Shown one piece after another: positions 49,488-59,579 of a stretch of DNA of 64,000 nucleotides. The notes below the pieces were generated by a model that worked only from the letters and a program-made list of their open reading frames with translations, had not been told where the DNA came from and searched no databases. Source of the DNA: an uncultured Methanomicrobiales archaeon (GTDB lineage: Archaea; Halobacteriota; Methanomicrobia; Methanomicrobiales; Methanospirillaceae); assembly GCA_963697895.1 (NCBI GenBank), contig OY969100.1, positions 1,056,001 through 1,120,000 on the forward strand, read 5' to 3'. Positions within the stretch are counted from its first letter, which is position 1; the number at the start of each line of letters is the position of its first letter. The position numbers and the translations under genes were made by a program.

Positions 49488-49654
49488 ACCTGTATCATCC
49501 CGGAGACAGAGATCAGGAGGGGGAAATATTAACGTTTTCCCCGGAAGGCAGACCGGAGGGAAGTGAGGAAAAGAACCCCGGGATTCAAAATTGCTCTACC
49601 AGGGGAAAAGGATCCGGCGATGAGATCGCTACAACGGGGGGAAGGACGTCGGGT

Positions 49655-51016
49655 TCACTTGATCCGGATGATATCGTACGCCGCCGTCGGGTATGCCCAG
49701 GCGATATCCTGCAGCTCGGCGAGGGTCATTCCCTTCCGGATCGCGAGGGTGAAGATATTGATCAGCTCGTCGGCGTTGTACCCGAGGATATGTGCACCGA
49801 GGATCTTCCCCGATCCCTCTTCGGTGAGGATCGTGTACCCGGCATGGGTGATGCCGACCCTCTGGTTCGAGTACCAGTATGCCGTCTCCTTCCGGTGCGT
49901 GACCGCGGCGATTCCGCGTTTCACTGCCTGGTCCTCCCGCAGTCCCACGGATGCGATCGGCGGGGAAACGAAGACGACACTGGCGACCGCGGAATAGTCA
50001 GGGGCGACGGTGTTCCCGTGGATCATGTTCTGCGCCGCGATCTGCCCCTCCGTCCGGGCGACCGGGGAGAGCATTATCCCCCTCCCGTTCACGTCCCCGG
50101 CCACGTACACGGACGGGTTCGAGACGCTCTGGAGGTACCGGTTGATCGCAATCCCCCGCTCGTCCACCGCAACGCCGCCCGCCTCCAGGTCGAGCCCTGC
50201 GGTGTTCGGCACTCTTCCGGCACCATGGACGACCATGTCTGCCGCAAAGACCTTCTCCCCTGCCTTTCCCGCATGGACCAGGAGACCGTCCGGGCTTTTT
50301 TCGACCGATGCAACCGGCATATCGGTGAAGACCTCCATCCCCGCTTCGCGGAGGGCCTCCCCGAGCATCCCGATGAGGAACGGGTCGAACCCCTTCAGCA
50401 CCTGCCCGCTCCGGTGCAGGATCGTCACCGCCGCACCTGCTTTCGCCGCCACGTGCCCGAACTCAAACGAGATGAAGCCCCCGCCGATGAAGACGATCCG
50501 CTCCGGCAGGGACTCCATCGCGAGGAAATCGTCGCTCGTGCTCACGAACTCCTCCCCGGGGATCCCCAGGCGCCGGGGAACCCCCCCGGTCGCGATCCCG
50601 GTAAACCGGGTGGAGAGGCGTGTATCCCCGACCTGGACCGTGTTCCTCCCGAGGAATCGTGCGTGATCGTGGTACGTGTCGATCCCCTCCTTCGCGAGTG
50701 CCTCGTTCCTCGCCGGGGCCACCGGGTCGGTGAAGGTCCGCTTAAACCGTGCCAGGTCGGGCCATTCGATCCGGAGGGTCCCCGAGACCCCTTTTCCCTG
50801 CAGGGCATCTGCCCGCTCGATCACCTCGGCGGCACCGAAGAGGACCTTCTTCGGGATGCATCCTTTCACCGCACAGGTCCCGCCGTACGGCAGTTCATCG
50901 GTGATCGCGACCTTCCACCCTGCGTGCCGCGCCTCGAGGGCCATCGCCATCCCGGCGTTCCCGGTGCCGATAACGACGAGGTCATAGGTTTTTTCTGCTT
51001 CCTGACTGGTCTCCAC
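49655..51016 (-). CDS. Pyridine nucleotide-disulfide oxidoreductase (glutathione reductase-like)
   Basis: IGTGNAG, GGTCAVKGCIPKK, IGGGFIS, AGD, YPT; GTG start chosen. Confidence 0.9.
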   Translation of the reverse strand: METSQEAEKTYDLVVIGTGNAGMAMALEARHAGWKVAITDELPYGGTCAVKGCIPKKVLFGAAEVIERADALQGKGVSGTLRIEWPDLARFKRTFTDPVAPARNEALAKEGIDTYHDHARFLGRNTVQVGDTRLSTRFTGIATGGVPRRLGIPGEEFVSTSDDFLAMESLPERIVFIGGGFISFEFGHVAAKAGAAVTILHRSGQVLKGFDPFLIGMLGEALREAGMEVFTDMPVASVEKSPDGLLVHAGKAGEKVFAADMVVHGAGRVPNTAGLDLEAGGVAVDERGIAINRYLQSVSNPSVYVAGDVNGRGIMLSPVARTEGQIAAQNMIHGNTVAPDYSAVASVVFVSPPIASVGLREDQAVKRGIAAVTHRKETAYWYSNQRVGITHAGYTILTEEGSGKILGAHILGYNADELINIFTLAIRKGMTLAELQDIAWAYPTAAYDIIRIK

Positions 51017-51278
51017 GAAATACCCTCTTCTTCCCGTTCGTTGGAGAGAATACTCCCCCTGATTTAAAATGGTTCGGGTCCGGGGATACGTTCCATGCAG
51101 GGCAGGATCACCGTTCAGGATACCCGGAGATCGGGAGCCGCGAATCTGGACCAGGAACGATACCATCGATTCCCGGGAACTGGACACGGTTTATCGCTCG
51201 GTGGGCCGATACCATAAAAAAAGTAGAGGAGTTATGGATATTACCTGATTCCCGGTACGAAGAACTTCCCTATCACCG

Positions 51279-52112
51279 TCATTCCGCAACCGGTATCAGC
51301 TTCCCTTTCAGTTTCTCCTCGATCCCAAGTTTAAGCATCTCCACGACGTTGTTAGCCATGCCCTTGACCTTCAGGATCACCATCGGGTCATTTCTCAGGT
51401 AGTCTGAATCGGTTATGGTGTTGAACTGGGCGCCGTGCGTCCGGTACGAGATCCCGAACGGTGCCAGCAGGTACCCCATCTGCTGGAAGTACAGGTAGAT
51501 GTCCATCGCTGCCTTTGTTGCACCGTCCTCGTGCCCCGAGACCGTGATCCCGACGATCTTTCCCTCCGTAAGTCCGGGCCGTTCGAGCAGGTACAGGTTC
51601 TGGATGCAGTTCAGGCGGTCGAGGAAATCCTTGAGCCGTGCCGACATATTGTTCCAGTTTATCGGGGAGCCCACGATGACTGCTTTTGACGCAATGATCA
51701 TCTCGTGGAACGCGGGCATGTCATCGTGCTGGTTCCGGCAGGGATACCGGCAGGCGTTGTCCCGCATGCTGTAGCAGCACCAGCAGTGGTCGACCCGGAA
51801 TTCATTCAGGTTATACCGGCGGTAACTCACCCCCCGCTCTTTGAGGACCTCCTCGACCAGGTCCATCATGTACCCGGTATTGTTGGAGCGGTGATTGCTC
51901 CCGTTGATCAGGAGGATATCGAACTTTTCCCGGTCGTAGGTAAGTTTTTTCGGGTCGGACAGGACCGTGAACTCCCTCCCGGTCGCGGCGCATTCCGGAC
52001 ATTCGTCCGGGGGCGAGTCCCCGCCGGCGATGAAACCGCATACCGTGCATCTCCAGGCTTTTCCCGGTTCATCGCTGCTCTTGTTCGTTTCCCCGGATAC
52101 AATAGTAGACAT
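51279..52112 (-). CDS. Rubredoxin-like domain fused to flavodoxin-fold (iron-sulfur flavoprotein-like) domain
   Basis: WRCTVCG...CPEC; INGS, CWCC...C.YPC...DDM, GSPINW. Confidence 0.85.
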   Translation of the reverse strand: MSTIVSGETNKSSDEPGKAWRCTVCGFIAGGDSPPDECPECAATGREFTVLSDPKKLTYDREKFDILLINGSNHRSNNTGYMMDLVEEVLKERGVSYRRYNLNEFRVDHCWCCYSMRDNACRYPCRNQHDDMPAFHEMIIASKAVIVGSPINWNNMSARLKDFLDRLNCIQNLYLLERPGLTEGKIVGITVSGHEDGATKAAMDIYLYFQQMGYLLAPFGISYRTHGAQFNTITDSDYLRNDPMVILKVKGMANNVVEMLKLGIEEKLKGKLIPVAE

Positions 52113-52287
52113 GCATGAACCCCTCCTGTTCCTGGACCGGGCAGCCCGGGCAGAGACACCCGGCTTCCTTTTTTATGCATTTGCTTTTACTGGGTACTGC
52201 CATGCAAAAGGAGATCTCCTCCCTGCAATCGATATAGGTGGGACACCGTCTGCACATGCATAGCTTGACCGCTTCACTTCTCTCCAT
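52069..52287 (-). CDS. DUF2769-like Cys-rich protein, copy 3
   Basis: CMCRRCPTY..C...FC...C...CLCPGCPV...YYC. Confidence 0.8.
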   Translation of the reverse strand: MERSEAVKLCMCRRCPTYIDCREEISFCMAVPSKSKCIKKEAGCLCPGCPVQEQEGFMHVYYCIRGNEQEQR

Positions 52288-52457
52288 ACACCATTCTCCT
52301 TCTCGTCAGCAGGGGGATTGAATGGTCAACTACTTATAAGGTTGAGTCTCGATCCTTCGGGGAAGCAGAGAAGGTAGTGCGACCGGGAATGGGATTACAG
52401 GGATGGATCCCACGGACATTCCGAGCGACTCTCCTCCCGTTCCCGGAGAACTACCCG

Positions 52458-53021
52458 TCACAGGAGATGTTCCGTGACAATTTTGATCCCGATCAAGATC
52501 AGGATGATTCCCCCCACGATCTCCATTTTGGTCCCGAGAATCTTCCCGAGCCGGGTTCCCAGCATGACCCCGGCGATGGCGAAGATCGCTGCTATTACAC
52601 CGATAATCAGGCTCGGTATCGCTATTTGTATATCGAGGAACGCAAACCCGAGACCGATGGCGAGTGCATCGATACTGGTGGCCACCGCGAGAAGAAGAAC
52701 AGACGTCATCCCGGGGAAAGACGCGGTATTCTCTTCCCGGGCAGGTTCTTCCTTCAGCCCTTCATAGATCATCTTCAGGCCGATTATGGAGAGAATGATG
52801 AAGGCGACCCAGTGATCATAGGGGGCGATGATTTCGATGAAGAGGGATCCGGCAGCCCAGCCGAGAACAGTCATTCCTGCCTGGAACAACCCGAAGACAA
52901 GCGCGAACAGGAGGGCAAGGCGGACCTTGTCGATCCCGGGTTTTGCTCCCCGTGCGAGTGCGACCGCAAAACAATCCATCGCGAGGCCGATCCCGATGAT
53001 GACGATAGTGAGAAGGTCCAT
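52458..53021 (-). CDS. mntP: Manganese efflux pump MntP
   Basis: GLAMDCFAV, FQAGM, DHWVAF, ATSIDALA. Confidence 0.9.
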   Translation of the reverse strand: MDLLTIVIIGIGLAMDCFAVALARGAKPGIDKVRLALLFALVFGLFQAGMTVLGWAAGSLFIEIIAPYDHWVAFIILSIIGLKMIYEGLKEEPAREENTASFPGMTSVLLLAVATSIDALAIGLGFAFLDIQIAIPSLIIGVIAAIFAIAGVMLGTRLGKILGTKMEIVGGIILILIGIKIVTEHLL

Positions 53022-53315
53022 GCGTTTTACAGGAATGGAGGTTTTTCGAAAATAAAGGGATCGGACGGGTGAAATCACCCGGGTGCAGGATCATCCCTCC
53101 TTTGGCATCTTGGATCGAACCGCCGGGTTTTTTTTCAGTTCCCATGAGGCAGAAGGACTGGTACGTCAGTTTCATCGCTGCCATCCCACCTGTCCCGGAG
53201 CGATATCAGAATGAGAGGAAGAACTCCATTCCGGAAGAGAAGTTCTCAGATGCCGATCGGATACTGCCGATCATCTATATCGCATCATACGGTATACACT
53301 TGAGATACGCGTGAA

Positions 53316-53870
53316 TTGATGAGATTTATCGCCCTGTTGCGGGGAGTGAATGTCGGGGGGAAGAAGAGCGTAACCATGGCGGAACTGGAAGGTGCGTTCG
53401 AGTCGCTCCGGTTCTCCCATGTCCGGTCGTATATCCAGAGCGGCAGCATCATCTTCGATGCCGAATCCCACGACGCCACGCGCCTGGCTAAAACGATCGA
53501 ACAGAAACTCCGCGAGACCCTCGGGTACCCCGTCCCGGTCATTATCCGGAAAACCGGCGATCTGGAAAAGATCGTGGACGGGAACCCGTTCATCGAAGAA
53601 CCCGGCGTCGATCCTACGAAACTGCACGTCACCTTCCTTGCAGAGATGCCGGACCCGGAACTGACCCGGGACCTGGACCTGAAGAAAGAGGAGAATGAAC
53701 GGTTCGTCGTCGCCGACAAGGAGGTATACCTCTATCTCCCGAACGGGTATGCACGAACGAAACTGGGGAACGCCGTCTTCGAGAAGAAATTCCGGACGAC
53801 GGCAACGACCCGGAACTGGAGAACCGTCAAAAAGCTCCTCGAGCTCTCGAAAGAGGAAGAGCCCTCCTGA
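53316..53870 (+). CDS. DUF1697 family protein
   Basis: IALLRGVNVGG, YIQSGS, TTRNWRT. Confidence 0.88.
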   Translation: MMRFIALLRGVNVGGKKSVTMAELEGAFESLRFSHVRSYIQSGSIIFDAESHDATRLAKTIEQKLRETLGYPVPVIIRKTGDLEKIVDGNPFIEEPGVDPTKLHVTFLAEMPDPELTRDLDLKKEENERFVVADKEVYLYLPNGYARTKLGNAVFEKKFRTTATTRNWRTVKKLLELSKEEEPS

Positions 53871-53930
53871 AAACACGGGAATGAGCCCGTTCCCGATCCG
53901 CGGCATCACCGCTTTTCCACCGAAGATAAC

Positions 53931-54125
53931 ACAGGAAATCCGGAATGAGCGTGATTTTAATTGATATCGCCGATAAGAAGGTCCATATCACATTCACTAT
54001 TATAAAACAGGAAATCCGGAATGAGCGTGATTTTAATGATGCTGCCGGTAAGAAGGTCCTTTCACGTTCACGAATATGATACAGGAAATCCGGAATGGGC
54101 CTGATTTTAATGATGCTGCCGGACA
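53931..54125. repeat. Tandem repeat, ~75-bp unit x ~2.6
   Basis: ACAGGAAATCCGGAATGRGCSTGATTTTAAT at 53931, 54007, 54081; the intervening segments are also homologous. Confidence 0.92.
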
Positions 54126-54160
54126 GAAAGTACATGTCCCATGAAAGAGAGAGAATCCGT

Positions 54161-54649
54161 ATGATATCCCCTGATACCATTCGGGACTGGCTGGCCGACG
54201 AGGGATTGTTCCGGCAGAAAGTCGCCGACGATAATGCACATTTCCATTTCACGATAGAAATCGGGCAACAGAACTTCATGGACGTGATTCAGCCGAAAGG
54301 GAAAACGGATCTGATTATTGTCGGGACCGGGGTCAGCGTCAGTCCCGAACATCTCCGCAAGATTGCAGAATTAAATCAAAAAAGGAGAGAGAATTTTTTA
54401 TGGAATTTCAGGCTGACGCTGAATCAGATGGAAGTATCGCTAACCCTGACCCATCCCGACAATATCCTGCAATTTTTTGCGGTGAACGATTCGATCTTTG
54501 AGGATGGATTATCGAAAGACCGGCTCATGCACACGATCAACAAGATTGCACGGGCAAAAATTCACGGGATCTGGTTAATTCAACAGGAATTTGGCAGTGA
54601 AAGCAGCGGAAAGACCGATACGAAGGATGACCTGAAGAGCTATGGTTAA
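54161..54649 (+). CDS. DUF2299-like archaeal protein
   Basis: IRDWLADEG...FH...QP...D...SPEH...IFEDGLSKD. Confidence 0.75.
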   Translation: MISPDTIRDWLADEGLFRQKVADDNAHFHFTIEIGQQNFMDVIQPKGKTDLIIVGTGVSVSPEHLRKIAELNQKRRENFLWNFRLTLNQMEVSLTLTHPDNILQFFAVNDSIFEDGLSKDRLMHTINKIARAKIHGIWLIQQEFGSESSGKTDTKDDLKSYG

Positions 54650-54853
54650 CCGTGAGATCTTAAACCCGACTCCCCCTGTTTTCATCCATAACATTCGCTC
54701 ACAAAACCAATTCTGTTGACACCATTTTTGGTCTTCATCCTGTTTCGCCTGCCGGGCGATCCGCCCCGGTGATCCCATCCTCATCCTTAATCCCCCAGTA
54801 CAGCGAAATACACAGAGAACAATCCACGATATCCTTTTGCAGGAAATCATAAT

Positions 54854-55771
54854 ATGCAGGTCATCGAAGCGAATAATCTTTCCAAATCGTTCGGCCCGGT
54901 CCTCGCGGTGGACAACGTCAGCATACTGGTGGAGGAGGGCGGGATCTTCGGCTTCCTCGGCCCGAACGGTGCGGGGAAGACGACCACGATCCGTATGCTC
55001 ACCGGCGTCCTGACTCCCGACACGGGAACGGTCCGGATCGGGGGGATCGACATGCAGAAAGATCCCCTCGGGGCCAAGCGGAAGATGGGCGTTATCCCCG
55101 AGAACGGCACCGTGTACAGCGACCTGACCGCGGAGCAGAACGTCCTCTGGACGGCACGGTTCTACGGGATGGGGACTGCCGCCGCCCGGAAGCGGGCGGA
55201 GGAGATCCTCTCGCGGCTGGGGCTCACCGAACGGCGGAACGACCTCGTCCGGACGTTCTCGAAGGGGATGCGGCAGCGGATCAGCATCGCCTGTGCGATC
55301 GTCCACTCGCCCCCCGTGCTGCTCCTCGACGAACCGACGACGGGGCTCGACGTGTACAGCCGCCGGCTCGTGATCGACACGGTCCGGCACATGAACGCGG
55401 AGGGAAGCACCATCCTCCTGACGACGCACAACATCGAGGAGGCGAACGCCCTCTGCACGAAGATCAGCATCATCGACAAGGGGAGGATCGTCGCGACCGA
55501 CAGCCCCGAGAAGCTCAAGAAGACCTTCGATATATCGCGGTACATCGAGGTCGCGTTCGATGAGCCGGTCGGGAAGGAGATCTTCGCGAGCCCTGATATC
55601 ACCCGCCTCGAGAACTGGGGGGACAAGTGGCGGGTCTACACGAACGATCCCGACCGGGGGGTAAAATATCTCGCGGAACTCGCCGAGGAACGCCACCTGC
55701 ATATTATATCGCTCGCCACCTCGAGCCCGACCCTGGAAGAGGCGTTCGTCCAGATCACCGGGGGTGCCTGA
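54854..55771 (+). CDS. ABC exporter ATP-binding protein
   Basis: GPNGAGKTT, FSKGM, LLDEPT, TTH. Confidence 0.95.
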   Translation: MQVIEANNLSKSFGPVLAVDNVSILVEEGGIFGFLGPNGAGKTTTIRMLTGVLTPDTGTVRIGGIDMQKDPLGAKRKMGVIPENGTVYSDLTAEQNVLWTARFYGMGTAAARKRAEEILSRLGLTERRNDLVRTFSKGMRQRISIACAIVHSPPVLLLDEPTTGLDVYSRRLVIDTVRHMNAEGSTILLTTHNIEEANALCTKISIIDKGRIVATDSPEKLKKTFDISRYIEVAFDEPVGKEIFASPDITRLENWGDKWRVYTNDPDRGVKYLAELAEERHLHIISLATSSPTLEEAFVQITGGA

Positions 55772-56517
55772 TGGACATGGGCCTTTTCGCCCGGAGCATT
55801 GCGATGGTCGCCGAGAAGAATATGCGGATCTATTACTTCAAGGGTCCCGTGGTCGTATTCGGCCTCCTCTTCCCCCTCCTGATGTTCTTCACCTTCTTCA
55901 TCGGGCGGAGCCTCGATATCGTCCTCTTCTTCCCCGGGTTCCTCGGCATGATGCTCTTTTTCACCGCGTCGTCGGTCGGCCCCCTGATCACCCCGTGGGA
56001 GAAGCGGGAGAAGACCTATGAGCGGCTCCTCTCCCTCCCCGTCGTCCTCGAGAGCATCATCCTCGGGGACCTCCTCGCCGGGGCGATATTCGGGGTGATG
56101 ATCACGACGATCGTCTGGATCGTGAGTGCGGTGCTCCTCCACCTCCCCCTGCTGAGTGCCGGCCTCCTCGCCGTCGGGTTCCTCCTCGGGTCGATCACCT
56201 TCGCCGCCCTCGGCACCCTGCTCGCCTCCCCGACGACGAACAACCCGTCGAACATCATGATGCTCTCGAGCCTCGTCCGGCTCCCGCTCATCTTCGTGAG
56301 CGGCATCTTCATCCCGCTCTCCCAGCTCTCCGGCTGGCAGTACGTCCTCACCTCGCTCTCCCCGCTCACCTACCTGGTCGACCTGTTCCACGCGGCGATC
56401 CTCGGGAACGCAGTCTACCCGGCATACGTCGACTCCCTGGTGCTCGTCTTCGTCATCCTCCTCTTCATCGGGGGAACGAAAATGATCCAGCGGCGGAACC
56501 TGGTGAAGGGCATTTAG
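55771..56517 (+). CDS. ABC-2 type permease
   Basis: Six TMs, SGIFIP...PLTY; TGATG coupling to the ATPase gene. Confidence 0.9.
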   Translation: MDMGLFARSIAMVAEKNMRIYYFKGPVVVFGLLFPLLMFFTFFIGRSLDIVLFFPGFLGMMLFFTASSVGPLITPWEKREKTYERLLSLPVVLESIILGDLLAGAIFGVMITTIVWIVSAVLLHLPLLSAGLLAVGFLLGSITFAALGTLLASPTTNNPSNIMMLSSLVRLPLIFVSGIFIPLSQLSGWQYVLTSLSPLTYLVDLFHAAILGNAVYPAYVDSLVLVFVILLFIGGTKMIQRRNLVKGI

Positions 56518-56885
56518 GAAGGAGGCAAGGAGAGGACTCCGGGGATTGGTCTCCAGTGATCGACCAGGAAATGGATCATGCGCCGGTCCGGACAGGGATC
56601 CTCCCCGGTTCGCCGCTGTACAATCCTTTCCTGCACCGATCAGAACAGGGACCCTCCGGTTCCCGTTTACCGTTTCAGATTACCTGTTATCGGCCAGAGA
56701 TTCTGATCTCTCAGCCAGAGACCGGCCATCCACTATTATACCCGATCCTGAACAGGAGATAATATAAAAAGAGAATTTCATCCCGACAGCCCCCGTTATT
56801 CCCTGTCGTGTTTTTATCCGGGGATCCATTCATATAGGACCACAGACAAGAATGGTTCGTTCCCTGATAATGGGGGGTAATAGCC

Positions 56886-57287
56886 ATGAAGAAAGGTTTT
56901 TCAGCAGATCTCGAAGCAGAAACCCGGAAGAACACGGACTTCCGGAGGGTATTGTACACCGGAAAATACAGCCAGCTCGTCCTGATGCGGCTCCGGCCGG
57001 GGGAGGATATCGGCATGGAGACGCATGACGACGTGGACCAGTTCTTCCGGTTCGAGGAAGGAGAGGGAGTGGTCGTGATCGACGACACCAGGCATCCCGT
57101 GAAGGACGGGAGCGGCGTGATCGTCCCGTCGGGCGCGAAGCACAACGTGACGAATACCTCGAAGACCGCGGACCTCAAACTGTACACGATCTACTCGCCG
57201 CCCGAACACCAGGACAAGGTGGTGCGGAAGACCAAGCAGGAGGCCCTTGCAAAGGAAGAGCATTTCGATGGGAAGCCGACCGAGTAG
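56886..57287 (+). CDS. Cupin domain protein
   Basis: SQLVLM...GEDIG.E.H...DQFF...HNVTN...YSPPEH. Confidence 0.9.
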   Translation: MKKGFSADLEAETRKNTDFRRVLYTGKYSQLVLMRLRPGEDIGMETHDDVDQFFRFEEGEGVVVIDDTRHPVKDGSGVIVPSGAKHNVTNTSKTADLKLYTIYSPPEHQDKVVRKTKQEALAKEEHFDGKPTE

Positions 57288-57316
57288 ACGATGGGGAAAG
57301 TCCCCCTTACAAAGAA

Positions 57317-58780
57317 TTACTTTTTTGTCCCGGTCAGGGAACCGAGCACTCCCCGGATGATCTCCCTGCCGATCTGGCTCCCGATCGCCTGGGCGGCGCT
57401 CTTTGCCGCAGACCCCATGAGACCACCCGGGGCAGCACGGGAAGATTTGGGCGCCTTCTTTTCAGGCACCTCCGGTTTCTTCGGCGCAACGGTCTTCTCC
57501 GCTCTCATCTTCAGTTGTTCATACGCGGATTCACGGTCGACGACGTTCGCATAGGTTGCCCGGAGCGGGGAATCCCGGATGATCAATTCCCGCTCTTCCG
57601 GCGTGAGCGGGGCGATCCGGCTGTGGGGCGGATAGATGAGGGCGCGTTCGACCATGGTCGGACTTCCTCTGGCATCCAGCATCGAGACGAGCGCTTCCCC
57701 GATCCGGAGATCCGTAATCGCGGTCACCGTGTCGAATGCCGGGTTGGGCCGCAGCGTCTGCGCCGCCCCCTTCACCTCTTTCTGGTCCTTCGGGGTGAAG
57801 ACCCGGAGGGCATGGTGCACCCGGTTCCCGAGCTGCCCGAGGACCGGGTCCGGGAGGTCGAGCGGGTTCTGAGTGACAAAGTACACCCCGATCCCCTTCG
57901 ACCGGATCAACCGGACGACCTGCACGATCCGCTCCTCGAGCATCTTCGGGGTGTCCTGGAAGAGCAGATGGGCCTCGTCAAAGAAGAATACCAGCCGGGG
58001 TTTTTCGGGGTCCCCGACCTCGGGGAACTGTTCGAAGAGTTCGGAGAGGAGCCAGAGGAGGAGTGTGGCGTATACCTTCGGGGACTGCATCAGGCGGTCG
58101 GCCGCAAGGATGTTGACCATCCCGCGGCCTTGTGAATCATTCCGGGTAAAATCAAGGACATTCATGGCAGGTTCCCCGAAGAAGCGGTCGGCCCCCTGTT
58201 GTTCGAGGGTGAGCAGGCTCCTCTGGATGGAACCGATGCTGGACGGGGATATGTTCCCGTACTGGCTTTTTAAATCTTTTGCGTGATCGCTGCAGTACTG
58301 GGCCATGGATCTCAGGTCTTTCAGATCGAGCAGCAGGAGGCCCTGGTCGTCAGCGATCTTGAAGAGTATCGTGAGTACGTCCGTCTGGATATCGTTCAGA
58401 TCCAGGATCCGCCCCAGGAGCAGCGGTCCCATCTCCGAGACCGTTGTCCTGACCGGGTGGCCGGATTCCCCGTACACATCCCAGAACGTGACCGGATAGC
58501 CATCCGGGAGCACCCCGGGAAGTCCGAGTTCCGCTGCCCGTTCGACGATCTTCGGGTTGTCCCCGCCGGGCTTTACCATCCCGGAGAGATCTCCCTTGAT
58601 ATCTGCCATGAAGACCGGGACCCCGATCCGGGAAAAATTTTCGGCGAGCACCCGCAGCGTTACCGTCTTCCCGGTCCCGGTCGCCCCCGCGATTAGGCCG
58701 TGGCGGTTTGCCATCCCCGGCAACATATAGACAATCTGCTCTCCCTTTCCGATGGGGAGGGGTTCAATATTATCCGGCAT
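57317..58780 (-). CDS. DUF853/YjgR HerA-like ATPase
   Basis: [35 protein letters not shown]. Confidence 0.92.
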   Translation of the reverse strand: MPDNIEPLPIGKGEQIVYMLPGMANRHGLIAGATGTGKTVTLRVLAENFSRIGVPVFMADIKGDLSGMVKPGGDNPKIVERAAELGLPGVLPDGYPVTFWDVYGESGHPVRTTVSEMGPLLLGRILDLNDIQTDVLTILFKIADDQGLLLLDLKDLRSMAQYCSDHAKDLKSQYGNISPSSIGSIQRSLLTLEQQGADRFFGEPAMNVLDFTRNDSQGRGMVNILAADRLMQSPKVYATLLLWLLSELFEQFPEVGDPEKPRLVFFFDEAHLLFQDTPKMLEERIVQVVRLIRSKGIGVYFVTQNPLDLPDPVLGQLGNRVHHALRVFTPKDQKEVKGAAQTLRPNPAFDTVTAITDLRIGEALVSMLDARGSPTMVERALIYPPHSRIAPLTPEERELIIRDSPLRATYANVVDRESAYEQLKMRAEKTVAPKKPEVPEKKAPKSSRAAPGGLMGSAAKSAAQAIGSQIGREIIRGVLGSLTGTKK

Positions 58781-58904
58781 TCCAATCCCATGCCAATATA
58801 CTGCCCGAACAGATATGTTTTATCCGGTCCGGGGAAAGAAGTGGCGGAAGCTCATGGGGAGGCCGGGATTATGTGAAGGGAATACCGAATACCAAAAAAA
58901 GAGA

Positions 58905-59126
58905 TTACTTCGGGATATACTGCTGCAGCGGTTGTTTAACCGCATCAGGAACCCCGAGGTTCCCGAGGATCGGCATCAGGAGCTTCCCCGCCAGCTCCTT
59001 CCCCTGCGGGCTTGCGACGAACTGCTGGAGCATCGCCATTCCTTCCGGCGATGTGATGTATTTCATGACCTGTTCCTTGCCCCCGGATGACCCCAGGGCA
59101 CCAGTAATACTGCCAAGATCTACCAT
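58905..59126 (-). CDS. Small hypothetical protein with internal SPEG/SPQG repeat
   Basis: 73-aa ORF with GAGGT RBS-like site upstream. Confidence 0.65.
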   Translation of the reverse strand: MVDLGSITGALGSSGGKEQVMKYITSPEGMAMLQQFVASPQGKELAGKLLMPILGNLGVPDAVKQPLQQYIPK

Positions 59127-59579
59127 GCGAGCGTACCTCGTGCAGATAGGATCCCTGTCGGGGATAAAGATATCATCCGGGGAGAAATCTCATGCACGGG
59201 TTGTCCCGCGAAATAAGGAACGTATGTGCGCTTTGGATCGGATTCCTGTCCCCAATCGGGAACCTGAAAACAACAGGAACCCTCCGTCGTTTCGGAAACG
59301 ATACGTGCAGTTCGCGATCGGTCTGTGAAATTGTATTACAGTCATCTCAGTCCCCTGATGATATGCTATTTTTGCCACCTCACTGCCGCGGAACCTTTTT
59401 AAAGATATCAATATATAATGCCCGGACGGATACCCTGCTGGAAAATACGATACCTGTCACCGCATCCGGTGAGCACGAAGCTCATCATTCGATCTGTAAC
59501 GGTATCTTGAATTATGCAGCAATCCTTAAAAAAAGACCTTGAAAAATCAAATTTCGGAATTATCCGACGGAGAACTACG

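Noticed and set aside
53022-53300. yybP-ykoY or fluoride riboswitch upstream of mntP
   Set aside because: Only a partial GGAATGGAGTTC...CTGAT resemblance on minus; core consensus and spacing are not matched.
53931-54125. CRISPR mini-array
   Set aside because: The apparent spacers are homologous to each other, so it is a tandem repeat.
57317-58780. HerA-type anti-phage ATPase
   Set aside because: Matches the widespread DUF853/YjgR family, has host-like composition and no nuclease or Sir2 partner.
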